Origin: an uncultured Myxococcales bacterium
Lineage (GTDB): Bacteria > Myxococcota > UBA4151
NCBI GenBank assembly: GCA_964013405.1
Contig: CAXGWI010000059.1
Span: forward strand, 1-19,788
DNA: 19,788 bases
Reading direction: 5' to 3'
Positions 8,199 to 16,242 of this stretch are shown here, one piece after another (the stretch's first letter is position 1; each line of letters begins with the position of its first letter). The position numbers and the translations under genes are program-made. The notes beneath the pieces were generated by a model. That model did no database searches. It was not told the DNA's origin and saw nothing but the letters and a program-made list of their open reading frames with translations.

Positions 8199-9219
8199 GT
8201 GACAGGGCTTCCAGGCCTCGCAAGGTGGTGATGGGGAAGGGAATCGTGATCCCTTCTTCACTAAAGCGGAGATAGATGGCCGTGTGCAGGGCCCCCAGGA
8301 TCGGTTCCTGTAGATGATATTCGCTGATGTAAAAGCGAATCGTGAAGTCGAGTGAAGAGGAACCAAAATTGGCGAAGTGGATTTCCGCGGCCGGAAGGGT
8401 CAGCGCACCCTCGGTATTCGCCATCACCACGGCGGCGACGTCTTCTAGGATTCGTTGGACGCGGACGGGATCACAGTCATAGTCGACGCCCACTGTTGTT
8501 TCCACCCGCAACTGGGGTTTGGGCAAACTGATGTTGAGGATCGTGGTTCCCGCAATCTCCCGGTTAGGAATCACGACGAGGTTCTGCGTCCTTGTGCGAA
8601 TTCGTGTGGTTCGCCAGTTGATGTCCTGAACCCAGCCCTCAAGGCCCGAACTCAGCCGGATGAAGTCCTTGGGGCTAAAGGGCTTCTCCATCAGAATATG
8701 GACGCCAGCAAAGAGATTGGACAGCGTATCCTGCAAGGCCAAAGCGACGGCGAGCCCACCGACGCCGAGGGCGGTCAGTAGCGGGGTGATGGCAACGCCA
8801 AGGGTTTGCAGCAGAACCAGGATGCCGACCATGATGACGCCGCCCTGCAACAGGAGACGGGCCAAGCCGGTGACCGCCGCATCTGCATCGACGCGGCTGA
8901 GGAGTTGAGGGCTGACCCGCCCCACGGCCCGAGCGCTGCGCATGGTGATGGAGATGGTGAGGACAATGGCGACCACCGTCACCAATGCGGACTTCCCTGG
9001 AAAGCCTTCCTGCGACCGCTGGAGGGCGAGCAATGGAGCGAGTATGAAGACCCACGCAAGGCTTGGCTTGCGGAGGTCCTGAAGGTCGAAATCCCTTGAT
9101 GTGAGGAGTTTGATGACCAGGTATCGAAGTAGCAGGAAGGCGAGGAGAAATGCGAGGGCCTCCAGGCCCGTTCGCTCCCAGCCTGTCGTGTTCGAAAAGC
9201 GCTGGAGGACGGCGGTCAT
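8191..9219 (-). CDS. mscS: Small-conductance mechanosensitive channel (MscS family)
   Basis: LLTALGVGGLAVALALQDTLSNLFAG, EKPF..KDFIRL, G.V.DINWRTTRIRT, VVIPN, VGVDY, NFGSSSLDF, GITIPFP. Confidence 0.93.
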   Translation of the reverse strand: MTAVLQRFSNTTGWERTGLEALAFLLAFLLLRYLVIKLLTSRDFDLQDLRKPSLAWVFILAPLLALQRSQEGFPGKSALVTVVAIVLTISITMRSARAVGRVSPQLLSRVDADAAVTGLARLLLQGGVIMVGILVLLQTLGVAITPLLTALGVGGLAVALALQDTLSNLFAGVHILMEKPFSPKDFIRLSSGLEGWVQDINWRTTRIRTRTQNLVVIPNREIAGTTILNISLPKPQLRVETTVGVDYDCDPVRVQRILEDVAAVVMANTEGALTLPAAEIHFANFGSSSLDFTIRFYISEYHLQEPILGALHTAIYLRFSEEGITIPFPITTLRGLEALSPS

Positions 9220-10907
9220 GCCAGTGCCTCCAGACGGGATAAGTCGTCGATCTCCGCCCGGCTACCCAGGCCTAAGAAGTGGCTCAGCAGGAGCGCCGGG
9301 GAGGGATGATTTTCGGCGCCGGGGAACAGGGGCCACGTCTCCCCTTCCCGTGCGAGGCAGAGACCGGCCGCAACATCGGCAAGGCCTCGACAGATCCCCT
9401 TGATCTCCAGCGAGGCCCGGGCCGCGTCCCCATTGAGGCAGTCCTGTAGATTCGAACTCAGGGTATCTAATCGCTGTGTGAGGCGTTCTCGATTGGCGTC
9501 TGGGGCCAGTCCAGCGCCCAGCTCCCTGAGATGGGCGAGGGTCGGTTCATGGAGCGAGCGGGCCGAGAAATCCCGAAGGGTCTGAGCATAGAGGGTGTTG
9601 TGAGTTCCTTCCCAGTTTTCACAGACCACCACATCTCGGAGGAGACGAGGCATGGGAGAAAAGCTCTCGATGGCTCCGTTGCCGCCGAGAACCGACAAGC
9701 CCTCGGTGATGATGGCTCGGCAATGCTCCGCATTACGGCTCTTGTTTAGGTTGACGAGCACCCGGAGTGCGGCCTTGCGTTCTGGGCTGAGTTCGCCCCG
9801 CTCCTGCTCGTCTTGAAGCGCGGCGAGATGGAGTGCGAGCGCTCGTTGACTGGCCACGAGTGCGGCCATTTTTGCCAGGCTCTGTTGGACGAGGGGGTAG
9901 CGAATAATCGGCTGTCCAAAGGCCTGACGGTGGCGGGCATAGCCCTGAGCCAGGTGTAAGGCCCGTTGGGCATAACCGAGACAGGCGAAGGCATTGTAGA
10001 GACGAGATGTGTGAATCACTTGGGTCATGGCTGTGAGAAAGCCGTGATCGAGGGTCCCCATCGCCTCGGCCACGGTCCCGTCGAAATCGATCTCTCCACT
10101 GGCCATGGTTCGGGTGCCAAGTTTGTCTTTGAGTCGCCGGATTCGATAGTGATTTGGCTGGCCATCGTCGAGAAGGCGGGGCGCTAGAAACAAGCCCAAG
10201 CCCCGGGTTCCTGGCTCGCTGCCTTCGAGACGGGCCGTGATTAAGATTAAATCTGCGCCCGCGTTGGAGCAAAACCACTTCTCGCCGAAGAGACGATAGC
10301 TGCCGTCGTCTGCAACCCTGGCGACCAGGCCATTTGCACCCACATCCGAGCCGCCCTGAACCTCTGTGAGGAATTGGGCGCCGGTGTAGGCATAACCAAA
10401 CTCAGTGTTGAGCAGCCGGGGGAGCCACCGCTCTTGCTGGGCCGGTGTGCCGACCGCTTGGAGGGCTTTGATGACCCCGGCGGTGCAGGCGATCGGGCAA
10501 TTGTGGCCCGCTTCGCCAAGATGGGCACCCAGATAGAAGAGGGAGAGCGCATAGAGCCAATGGCCAGGCTCCCCCAATGCGCGCAGCTGACCACTGCCGT
10601 AGAGGACGGTTCCGATCCGGTGGTAGCTGGGATGGTGCTCGATGGGCTGGGTGGGTTGACCGAGCCCATCCCAGGGATCGAGCCGAGGCAGATTGTGATT
10701 CCGGTGATTCAGGCGGACGTCAGCTTCCAAAGCTGCCGCTGCGCCACCCAAATGGGCCAATTCTTCGCGGTATTCCTGATAGCGATCCTGCCCCCAAACA
10801 GCTGCGAGTGCGGCCTGCAGATAGGGGTCCGCAGCGAAAAAGTTTTCTGGCTGGTTTGCTGACCAGGCCCGGAGGGCATCACGACCTTGCTGCACAGGGC
10901 TTGTCAT
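9216..10907 (-). CDS. Acyl-CoA dehydrogenase, AidB-like subfamily
   Basis: IEHHPSY, HNCPIACT, AQFLTEVQGGSDV, GEKWFCSN, RLKDKLGTRTMASGEI, RQAFG, LGGNG, WEGTHN. Start set at ATG 10907 (MTSPVQQ). Its stop overlaps the mscS start (ATGA). Confidence 0.9.
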   Translation of the reverse strand: MTSPVQQGRDALRAWSANQPENFFAADPYLQAALAAVWGQDRYQEYREELAHLGGAAAALEADVRLNHRNHNLPRLDPWDGLGQPTQPIEHHPSYHRIGTVLYGSGQLRALGEPGHWLYALSLFYLGAHLGEAGHNCPIACTAGVIKALQAVGTPAQQERWLPRLLNTEFGYAYTGAQFLTEVQGGSDVGANGLVARVADDGSYRLFGEKWFCSNAGADLILITARLEGSEPGTRGLGLFLAPRLLDDGQPNHYRIRRLKDKLGTRTMASGEIDFDGTVAEAMGTLDHGFLTAMTQVIHTSRLYNAFACLGYAQRALHLAQGYARHRQAFGQPIIRYPLVQQSLAKMAALVASQRALALHLAALQDEQERGELSPERKAALRVLVNLNKSRNAEHCRAIITEGLSVLGGNGAIESFSPMPRLLRDVVVCENWEGTHNTLYAQTLRDFSARSLHEPTLAHLRELGAGLAPDANRERLTQRLDTLSSNLQDCLNGDAARASLEIKGICRGLADVAAGLCLAREGETWPLFPGAENHPSPALLLSHFLGLGSRAEIDDLSRLEALA

Positions 10908-11010
10908 ACCCCATGATGGGACGCCCGTAGGGCGGGGGCAAAAAAAGCATGAATCAGGGCCCGGCTCAGGCCAAAGGTTGACCCCTTGTCCCACGGCTCC
11001 TTTGGGCGAA

Positions 11011-11032
11011 GCTCAGGGCCGGGAGCCTGAGC
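11011..11032 (-). terminator. Stem-loop just downstream of the Cys-rich gene (possible terminator or mRNA-stabilising hairpin)
   Basis: Perfect 7-bp inverted repeat GCTCAGG-N8-CCTGAGC, 5 nt after the stop codon. There is no clear U-tract. Confidence 0.3.
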
Positions 11033-11037
11033 GCTAC

Positions 11038-13383
11038 CTAGGGGATTTCTGCGTAGAGGCGGTAACTGCCCGTCCGCGTCGGGTTCCATGGGAAAGGACG
11101 AACCTCGACGTAGACCCGGCCCGCCGGGACGTGGACGGTCAGGTCGCTCTGATAGCCACAGCCGCCCCCATCGTCGTTGGTCGCCAACTGAGCCCCTTGG
11201 CCGCTGTAGACGGTGAGCCAGGGGTCAGGGGTGGTCGCACAGCCGCCGCCGCCATCCCGGGTGTAGACCCGCAGTTGACCACCCCCGCTTTCGAACCAGT
11301 AGTAATCTCGGTCATCCTGGCCCTGAAAGGCGGTGAGGAAACCCCCGTCGCAGAGGGGGCCGTCGGCACCATTCATGTCGTTGTTGTTACCATCGTTTTG
11401 TTCGGCCCGGATGCACTGGACCTGGCGAACGCAGCGGCCTGTACAGCCGTCGAAATCATTGCCATTGCCATCGTCGCATTCTTCCCCGGGCTGGACGAAA
11501 CCATCGCCACAGCGGGCGAGGGCGCAAGCGGCCGTACAGGCATCGGTATTGATGACATTACCATCGTCACACTGTTCGCCGGCCTGGGTGATTCCATCAC
11601 CGCAGCGAGCCTCTCGACAGACGTTGCTGCAGGCATCGGTATTGATATCGTTGCCATCGTCGCAATCCTCTCGCTCCAGCCAGAGAATCCCATCACCGCA
11701 GCGGGCCGGCAGGCATTCGTTTGTACACGCATCTGCGTCTTGATCGTTGCCATCATCGCAGCGCTCCCGGGCCTCCCAGACGATGCCGTCGCCGCATTCT
11801 GCAAGAACGCAGGCTGTGGTGCAGTCATCGTTGTCGGCAGCGTTTCCGTCGTCGCAGGCCTCGAAGTCGTCATCGCCCTCTTCCCGATCCAAGCGACGAA
11901 CACCGTCGCCGCATCGGGCTTCCTCGCAATTGTTCAGGCAGCCATCTCGATCGGACTCATTACCGTCATCACAGTCCTCTTGCTCAGGCCAGTGAAAGCC
12001 ATCACCGCATCGGGCCTGAAGGCAACTAGCCGTGCATGCGTCCTCGTCGATGGCATTACCATCATCACATTCTTCAAAGCCGGGCTGACCTGGAGGGAGG
12101 CCTTGCCGGTGGAAGCCGTCACCGCAGCGGGCGAAGGCACAGGTTTGTGGGCAAGGGTCGTCGTTGTCGTCGTTGCCGTCATCACAGTCTTCGCCCGGGT
12201 CCGTAATGCCGTTGCCGCACTCTTCTCGTAGGCAAAGGGCCGAGCAGCCGTCGGCCGCTTCGAGATTACCGTCATCGCACTGCTCAAAGCCCTCTTCGCC
12301 CACGGCGAGGTCTGCGCGGACCACTCCGTCACCACAGGCCGCGATGGCACAGCCATTCAGGCAGTTGTCATCTTCCCGGCGATTGCCATCGTCACAGGCC
12401 TCTTCGGGGTCGAGTCGACCATTGCCACATTCTTCGCGAAAGCAATCGCTGGCACAGCCGTCTCCGGCCAGGTCGTTGCCGTCATCGCACTCTTCATAAC
12501 CTTCGGCGCCCCACTGGAGGCCCCGTCGCTGGATCCCGTCGCCGCAGGTGGCGAGGCGGCATGCGTTGGTGCAGGCATCCGTATCGACTTGGTTGCCATC
12601 GTCGCAACCTTCGTAACCCTCAGAGGCCTCATCATCGAGATCCAGTCGGGTGATGCCATCGCCACATTGGGCCGGGGCACAGTTGTTCAGGCAAGCATCG
12701 GTCTCGTCTTCGTTGCCATCATCACAAAGCTCCCCAGGCCCGAGATAAGCGTCGCCGCACAACTTCGGCTCGCAGCCGACGCATTCATCTTCTTCGTTGT
12801 CATTGCCGTCATCACAGCCTTCCCCGGGCCCCACGATGCCGTCGCCGCATACATCTGCGACGCAATTTGTGCGGCAACCATCCTCTTCAACCTCGTTGCC
12901 ATCATCACATTCTTCATAACCCTCGTCGCTCTCGGTGAGGTCGGTGCGGACGACACCATCGCCGCAGTACGCAAGGCTGCAGTCCAGGCGGCAGGCATCG
13001 AGGTCCTCCTCGTTGCCGTCATCGCAGGCTTCAAAGCCAGCCGTTCCCTCGCTGACATCCATCCGGAGCGCACCATCGCCACAGTAAGCGGGGCGACAAT
13101 TTGTAAGGCAGGAATCCCGGTCGTCCGCATTGCCGTCATCACATTCTTCGAAGAGAAGATCATCGGCATCCACATCTTGCCGTAGAATCCCGTCGCCGCA
13201 GTGGGAGGTCTCGCAGGCGTTGGTACAGCTGTCGTTGTTGTCGGTATTGCCGTCGTCGCAGCTTTCGCCTGCTTCGACGTTGCCATTGCCGCAATTGGAG
13301 ACTCGGTCCCGGATCATCACCGTATCACTTGAGCAAGACGTGGCCAGCAGAATGACGATGGCGAACAGCGGGTAACGATTCAT
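11038..13383 (-). CDS. Lipoprotein with Myxococcus cysteine-rich repeats (DUF4215-like) and a C-terminal PPC-like beta-sandwich
   Basis: Lipobox LLATSC. 18 CG(D/N)G...ExCDDGN...DxC...C units. C-terminus DDRDYYWF...DPWLTVY...LATNDDGGG..SDL...GRVYVEV...GSYRL. Confidence 0.92.
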   Translation of the reverse strand: MNRYPLFAIVILLATSCSSDTVMIRDRVSNCGNGNVEAGESCDDGNTDNNDSCTNACETSHCGDGILRQDVDADDLLFEECDDGNADDRDSCLTNCRPAYCGDGALRMDVSEGTAGFEACDDGNEEDLDACRLDCSLAYCGDGVVRTDLTESDEGYEECDDGNEVEEDGCRTNCVADVCGDGIVGPGEGCDDGNDNEEDECVGCEPKLCGDAYLGPGELCDDGNEDETDACLNNCAPAQCGDGITRLDLDDEASEGYEGCDDGNQVDTDACTNACRLATCGDGIQRRGLQWGAEGYEECDDGNDLAGDGCASDCFREECGNGRLDPEEACDDGNRREDDNCLNGCAIAACGDGVVRADLAVGEEGFEQCDDGNLEAADGCSALCLREECGNGITDPGEDCDDGNDDNDDPCPQTCAFARCGDGFHRQGLPPGQPGFEECDDGNAIDEDACTASCLQARCGDGFHWPEQEDCDDGNESDRDGCLNNCEEARCGDGVRRLDREEGDDDFEACDDGNAADNDDCTTACVLAECGDGIVWEARERCDDGNDQDADACTNECLPARCGDGILWLEREDCDDGNDINTDACSNVCREARCGDGITQAGEQCDDGNVINTDACTAACALARCGDGFVQPGEECDDGNGNDFDGCTGRCVRQVQCIRAEQNDGNNNDMNGADGPLCDGGFLTAFQGQDDRDYYWFESGGGQLRVYTRDGGGGCATTPDPWLTVYSGQGAQLATNDDGGGCGYQSDLTVHVPAGRVYVEVRPFPWNPTRTGSYRLYAEIP
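11431..13293 (-). repeat. Coding tandem array of 18 degenerate Cys-rich repeats (about 30-40 aa each)
   Basis: Recurring plus-strand TTGCC(A/G)TC(A/G)TC(A/G)CA (encoding CDDGN) and CC(A/G)TC(A/G)CC(A/G)CA (encoding CGDG). Confidence 0.92.
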
Positions 13384-13403
13384 GGGTGCACTCCCGGGGG
13401 GTC

Positions 13404-13433
13404 AGGATACCTGGCCCCTGGTCAGATTTCCAA
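13404..13433 (-). promoter_or_regulatory. Possible promoter for the Cys-rich lipoprotein gene in the divergent intergenic region
   Basis: On the minus strand: TTGGAA, 18-nt spacer, TATCCT, about 20 nt upstream of ATG 13383. Confidence 0.25.
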
Positions 13434-13501
13434 CCGCCCGTCAATCACACTTCCCCGAAGGGGAACCATGGGTTAGGACGCAGCCCGGCGAGGGAGAGTT
13501 C

Positions 13502-15310
13502 GTGAGCGACACGATTCTGGAAATCGAGGGTCTACGTACCTGGTTTCATACGGAAGATGGGATCGTCAAAGCGGTCGACGATATCGACCTCAAGTTGGAG
13601 GTCGGTCGCACCCTGGGCGTTGTCGGTGAGTCCGGGAGCGGCAAGTCGGTGACCTCTCTGACCGTGATGGGCTTGCTGCCCGAGGTGGTCTCCGACGTGA
13701 AGGCCGACAAGCTTGCGTTCATTGGCAAAGACCTCGAGTCGGTGAGTGCGGTGGATCGCCGAGCCATGCGTGGCAAAGACATGGCGATGATCTTCCAGGA
13801 GCCCATGACCAGCCTCAACCCGGTCTTCACGGTGGGCGACCAAGTGGTCGAGGCCATACGGCTCCACGAAGGCCTGAACAAGGAAGCAGCGCAGCAACGG
13901 ACCATCGAACTTTTCGACGAGGTTGGCATTCCCGAGCCGAGCCAGTCGATCCACAAATACCCCCACGAGATGAGCGGTGGCCAGAAGCAGCGGGTGATGA
14001 TCGCCATGGCCCTTTCCTGCAATCCTCGGTTGCTCATCGCCGATGAACCGACCACCGCCTTGGATGTCACCATCCAGGCGCAAATTCTCGATTTACTGCG
14101 GGAACTCCGTGACCGGCGTGGCATGGCCATCTTGTTCATTACCCACGACCTCGGTGTGATCGCTGAAATCGCCGATGAGGTGGCCGTCATGTTCCGGGGC
14201 AAGTTAGTGGAATGTGGCAAGGTCGAGCAGATCTATGAGAATCCGAAGCATCCCTATACCCGGGGTTTGCTCGCCTGCCGGCCCCGTCTCGAGAGTGACT
14301 TCACCCGTTTGCCGACGGTGAGCGATTTCATGGCTGTCAACGAACAGCCCGATGGCACGGTTCAGGTGACAGCGAAGGATCTGAGCGAGGCCAGACTCGA
14401 AGAACTGGCCCACAGTGGGAGAGGCAAACTCACCCATAGCGATGAGGCGCCGATTCTCGAGGTGAGTGGCCTCAAGGTTTACTTCCCGAAGAAGGCTGGG
14501 ATTCTTCGCCGCACCGTTGGCTATGTGAAAGCTGTCGATGGCATCGACTTCAAGGTCTTCCCGAAGCAGACCCTGGGTCTGGTGGGTGAATCTGGTTGCG
14601 GCAAGACGACCACGGGCCGGGCAATCCTTCGATTGATCGAACCCAACGGTGGCGAGGTGCTCTATCGCCCCTCAGGCCAAGACACCGCGGTGAACTTGGC
14701 CCAGCTTTCCGGTGCAGCGCTGCGAAACATCCGCAAAGAATTGCAGATCATTTTTCAAGATCCCTACAGTTCCCTGAACCCGAGAATGCCTGTGGAGTCC
14801 ATCATCACCGAGCCGATGGTGATCCATAACATCGGTTCAGGTCCTGCAGAACGCCGGGATCGGACCGTGGCTCTGCTTGAAGAAGTGGGTTTGGGGGCGG
14901 AGCACCTGCGCCGCTTCCCCCATGAGTTCTCCGGTGGTCAGCGGCAGCGGATTTGCATCGCACGAACCCTTGCGATCGACCCCAGTTTCATCATCTGCGA
15001 TGAGTCGGTGAGCGCATTGGACGTTAGTGTTCAGGCCCAGGTCCTCAACCTCCTGAAGGACCTGCAGGAGCGTCGGGGCTTGAGCTACATCTTCATCAGC
15101 CATGATCTCAGTGTGGTGAAGTTCATGAGTGATGTGATGGCGGTGATGAACGACGGCAAGATTGTTGAGATGGGCCCCTCCGAGGAGATCTACCGCAATC
15201 CCGCACAAGAATACACGCGGCGGCTGATTTCCGCGATTCCAAACGATTCTATGGACAACATTCGCCGGCGTCAGGCCGAGCGGCAAGCAGCTCAGGCTGC
15301 GAGCGATTAA
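13502..15310 (+). CDS. Peptide/nickel-type ABC transporter ATP-binding protein with two fused NBDs (OppD-OppF/GsiA/YejF-like)
   Basis: NBD1: [47 protein letters not shown]2: [39 protein letters not shown]. Start set at GTG 13502 after GGGAGAG. Confidence 0.95.
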   Translation: MSDTILEIEGLRTWFHTEDGIVKAVDDIDLKLEVGRTLGVVGESGSGKSVTSLTVMGLLPEVVSDVKADKLAFIGKDLESVSAVDRRAMRGKDMAMIFQEPMTSLNPVFTVGDQVVEAIRLHEGLNKEAAQQRTIELFDEVGIPEPSQSIHKYPHEMSGGQKQRVMIAMALSCNPRLLIADEPTTALDVTIQAQILDLLRELRDRRGMAILFITHDLGVIAEIADEVAVMFRGKLVECGKVEQIYENPKHPYTRGLLACRPRLESDFTRLPTVSDFMAVNEQPDGTVQVTAKDLSEARLEELAHSGRGKLTHSDEAPILEVSGLKVYFPKKAGILRRTVGYVKAVDGIDFKVFPKQTLGLVGESGCGKTTTGRAILRLIEPNGGEVLYRPSGQDTAVNLAQLSGAALRNIRKELQIIFQDPYSSLNPRMPVESIITEPMVIHNIGSGPAERRDRTVALLEEVGLGAEHLRRFPHEFSGGQRQRICIARTLAIDPSFIICDESVSALDVSVQAQVLNLLKDLQERRGLSYIFISHDLSVVKFMSDVMAVMNDGKIVEMGPSEEIYRNPAQEYTRRLISAIPNDSMDNIRRRQAERQAAQAASD

Positions 15311-15320
15311 GGAGACCTTC

Positions 15321-15497
15321 GTGAGCGAGCATCAAGAAGCAGGACCGAGTACGGTCGCGGTGGCAACTAAGAACTTCCTTCTTCTGGTTCTTGTTGCCGG
15401 CGTGGCCCTTTCCGTCACGATCTACGCAGGCCACCACATTGCCAACAAGGTGATTGCCGCCCACGCTGCTGATCACGCAGATGATAGTGGGCACTAA
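15321..15497 (+). CDS. 58-aa single-pass membrane protein with a His/Asp-rich C-terminus; absent from the ORF track
   Basis: TAAGGAG SD overlapping the ABC stop, then GTG. Translation: MSEHQEAGPSTVAVATKNFLLLVLVAGVALSVTIYAGHHIANKVIAAHAADHADDSGH*. It fills the gap between two co-directional genes. Confidence 0.78.
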   Translation: MSEHQEAGPSTVAVATKNFLLLVLVAGVALSVTIYAGHHIANKVIAAHAADHADDSGH

Positions 15498-16238
15498 GTG
15501 GGTCTTATGGTGACCCTCACACTCGCGGCCGCACTTCCGCCGGGCTTGATCGACGAGGTCGACGGGCGGTGGGCAGAGCGGACACCTAAAAATCGGACAG
15601 CGATCGCACGGGAGATTGCAGCCCAACTGGAGCCCCACAAATCAGAGTTCGAGGCGGCTTGGCGTTTGGCGAGAAGCTACGTGTGGATCGCAGACGAGTC
15701 CCCCTATTATCAGGGGACAAGGGCTCGTTTTGAACTTGGCGGCAAAGCCATGGGGGTTGCCAAGGAAGCGATTCGACTGCAGCCGAATCGGGTGGAAGGG
15801 CACTATTATTATGCCTGGGCCGTAGGGCAATGGAGCCTCGGGATCTCCATTGCGAAAGCGCTCTGGGAGGGGGCCGAGTCAAAGTACACAGGGGCCCTCA
15901 AAAAGGTCGATCAACTCGACCGGAGCTATGATCAGTACGGGGCCCTTCGGATGTGGGGGCGGTATTTTCACTCCTTGCCGTGGCCCAAGCGGGACCGGGC
16001 CAAGTCGGCCCGGTACCTGAAAAAATCGGTAAAAAAGTCACCGACCAACCTGCGGAGTTTTACTTACCTGGCGGAGACGCTCATCGGCCAGGGCAAGCAC
16101 GGCGAAGCCTGTGCGCTGGTCGAACGGGCCCTTAAGATCAGGGGTGATGCTGCAAAAGAGCCGGATTGGGACTTGTGGCGGCGGGAGTTGGCCCGGCTCA
16201 AGGCCAGCGGCTGTAAAACCCTTCTCGAGAACCTTTAG
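15498..16238 (+). CDS. Probably secreted TPR protein (TatT/RMDN-like helical repeat protein)
   Basis: Short hydrophobic N-terminus. AWRLARSY, AKEAIRLQPNRVEGHYYYA, LDRSYDQYGALRMWGRYFHSLPWP.RD..KS..YLKK, PTNLRSFTYLAETL TPR pattern. The start could be GTG 15498 or ATG 15507. Confidence 0.8.
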   Translation: MGLMVTLTLAAALPPGLIDEVDGRWAERTPKNRTAIAREIAAQLEPHKSEFEAAWRLARSYVWIADESPYYQGTRARFELGGKAMGVAKEAIRLQPNRVEGHYYYAWAVGQWSLGISIAKALWEGAESKYTGALKKVDQLDRSYDQYGALRMWGRYFHSLPWPKRDRAKSARYLKKSVKKSPTNLRSFTYLAETLIGQGKHGEACALVERALKIRGDAAKEPDWDLWRRELARLKASGCKTLLENL

Positions 16239-16242
16239 TCTC

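Noticed and set aside
10922..10946. CGCCC-GTA-GGGCG hairpin next to an A7 tract
   Set aside because: On the transcribed minus strand the T-tract precedes the hairpin, which is the wrong order for an intrinsic terminator. No riboswitch consensus was recognised.
10978..12231. 417-aa plus-strand hydrophobic ORF with Val/Ile/Ala repeats (also 12589-13185)
   Set aside because: Antisense shadow of the Cys-rich repeat gene: GAC/GAT/GGC codons read as GTC/ATC/GCC on the other strand. There is no independent evidence for it.
11431..13293. Periodic DNA repeats that might suggest a CRISPR array or DGR repeats
   Set aside because: The repeats are degenerate at third codon positions and lie in frame within a protein. 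There are no identical repeats with unique spacers, no cas or reverse transcriptase gene and no adenine-specific TR/VR pair.
13451..13465. TTCCCC-GAA-GGGGAA inverted repeat in the divergent intergenic region
   Set aside because: It may be an operator, but it is a single short palindrome with no second copy and no regulator gene in the window, so I could not support a call.
13382..13501. N-terminal extension of the ABC ORF overlapping the ATG of the divergent gene
   Set aside because: It would leave no promoter space. The recognisable domain begins at GTG 13502, which has an SD.
16111..16242. 128-bp overlap between the kinase ORF and the TPR gene
   Set aside because: An artefact of longest-ORF calling. 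GTG 16243 lies just before kinase subdomain I.
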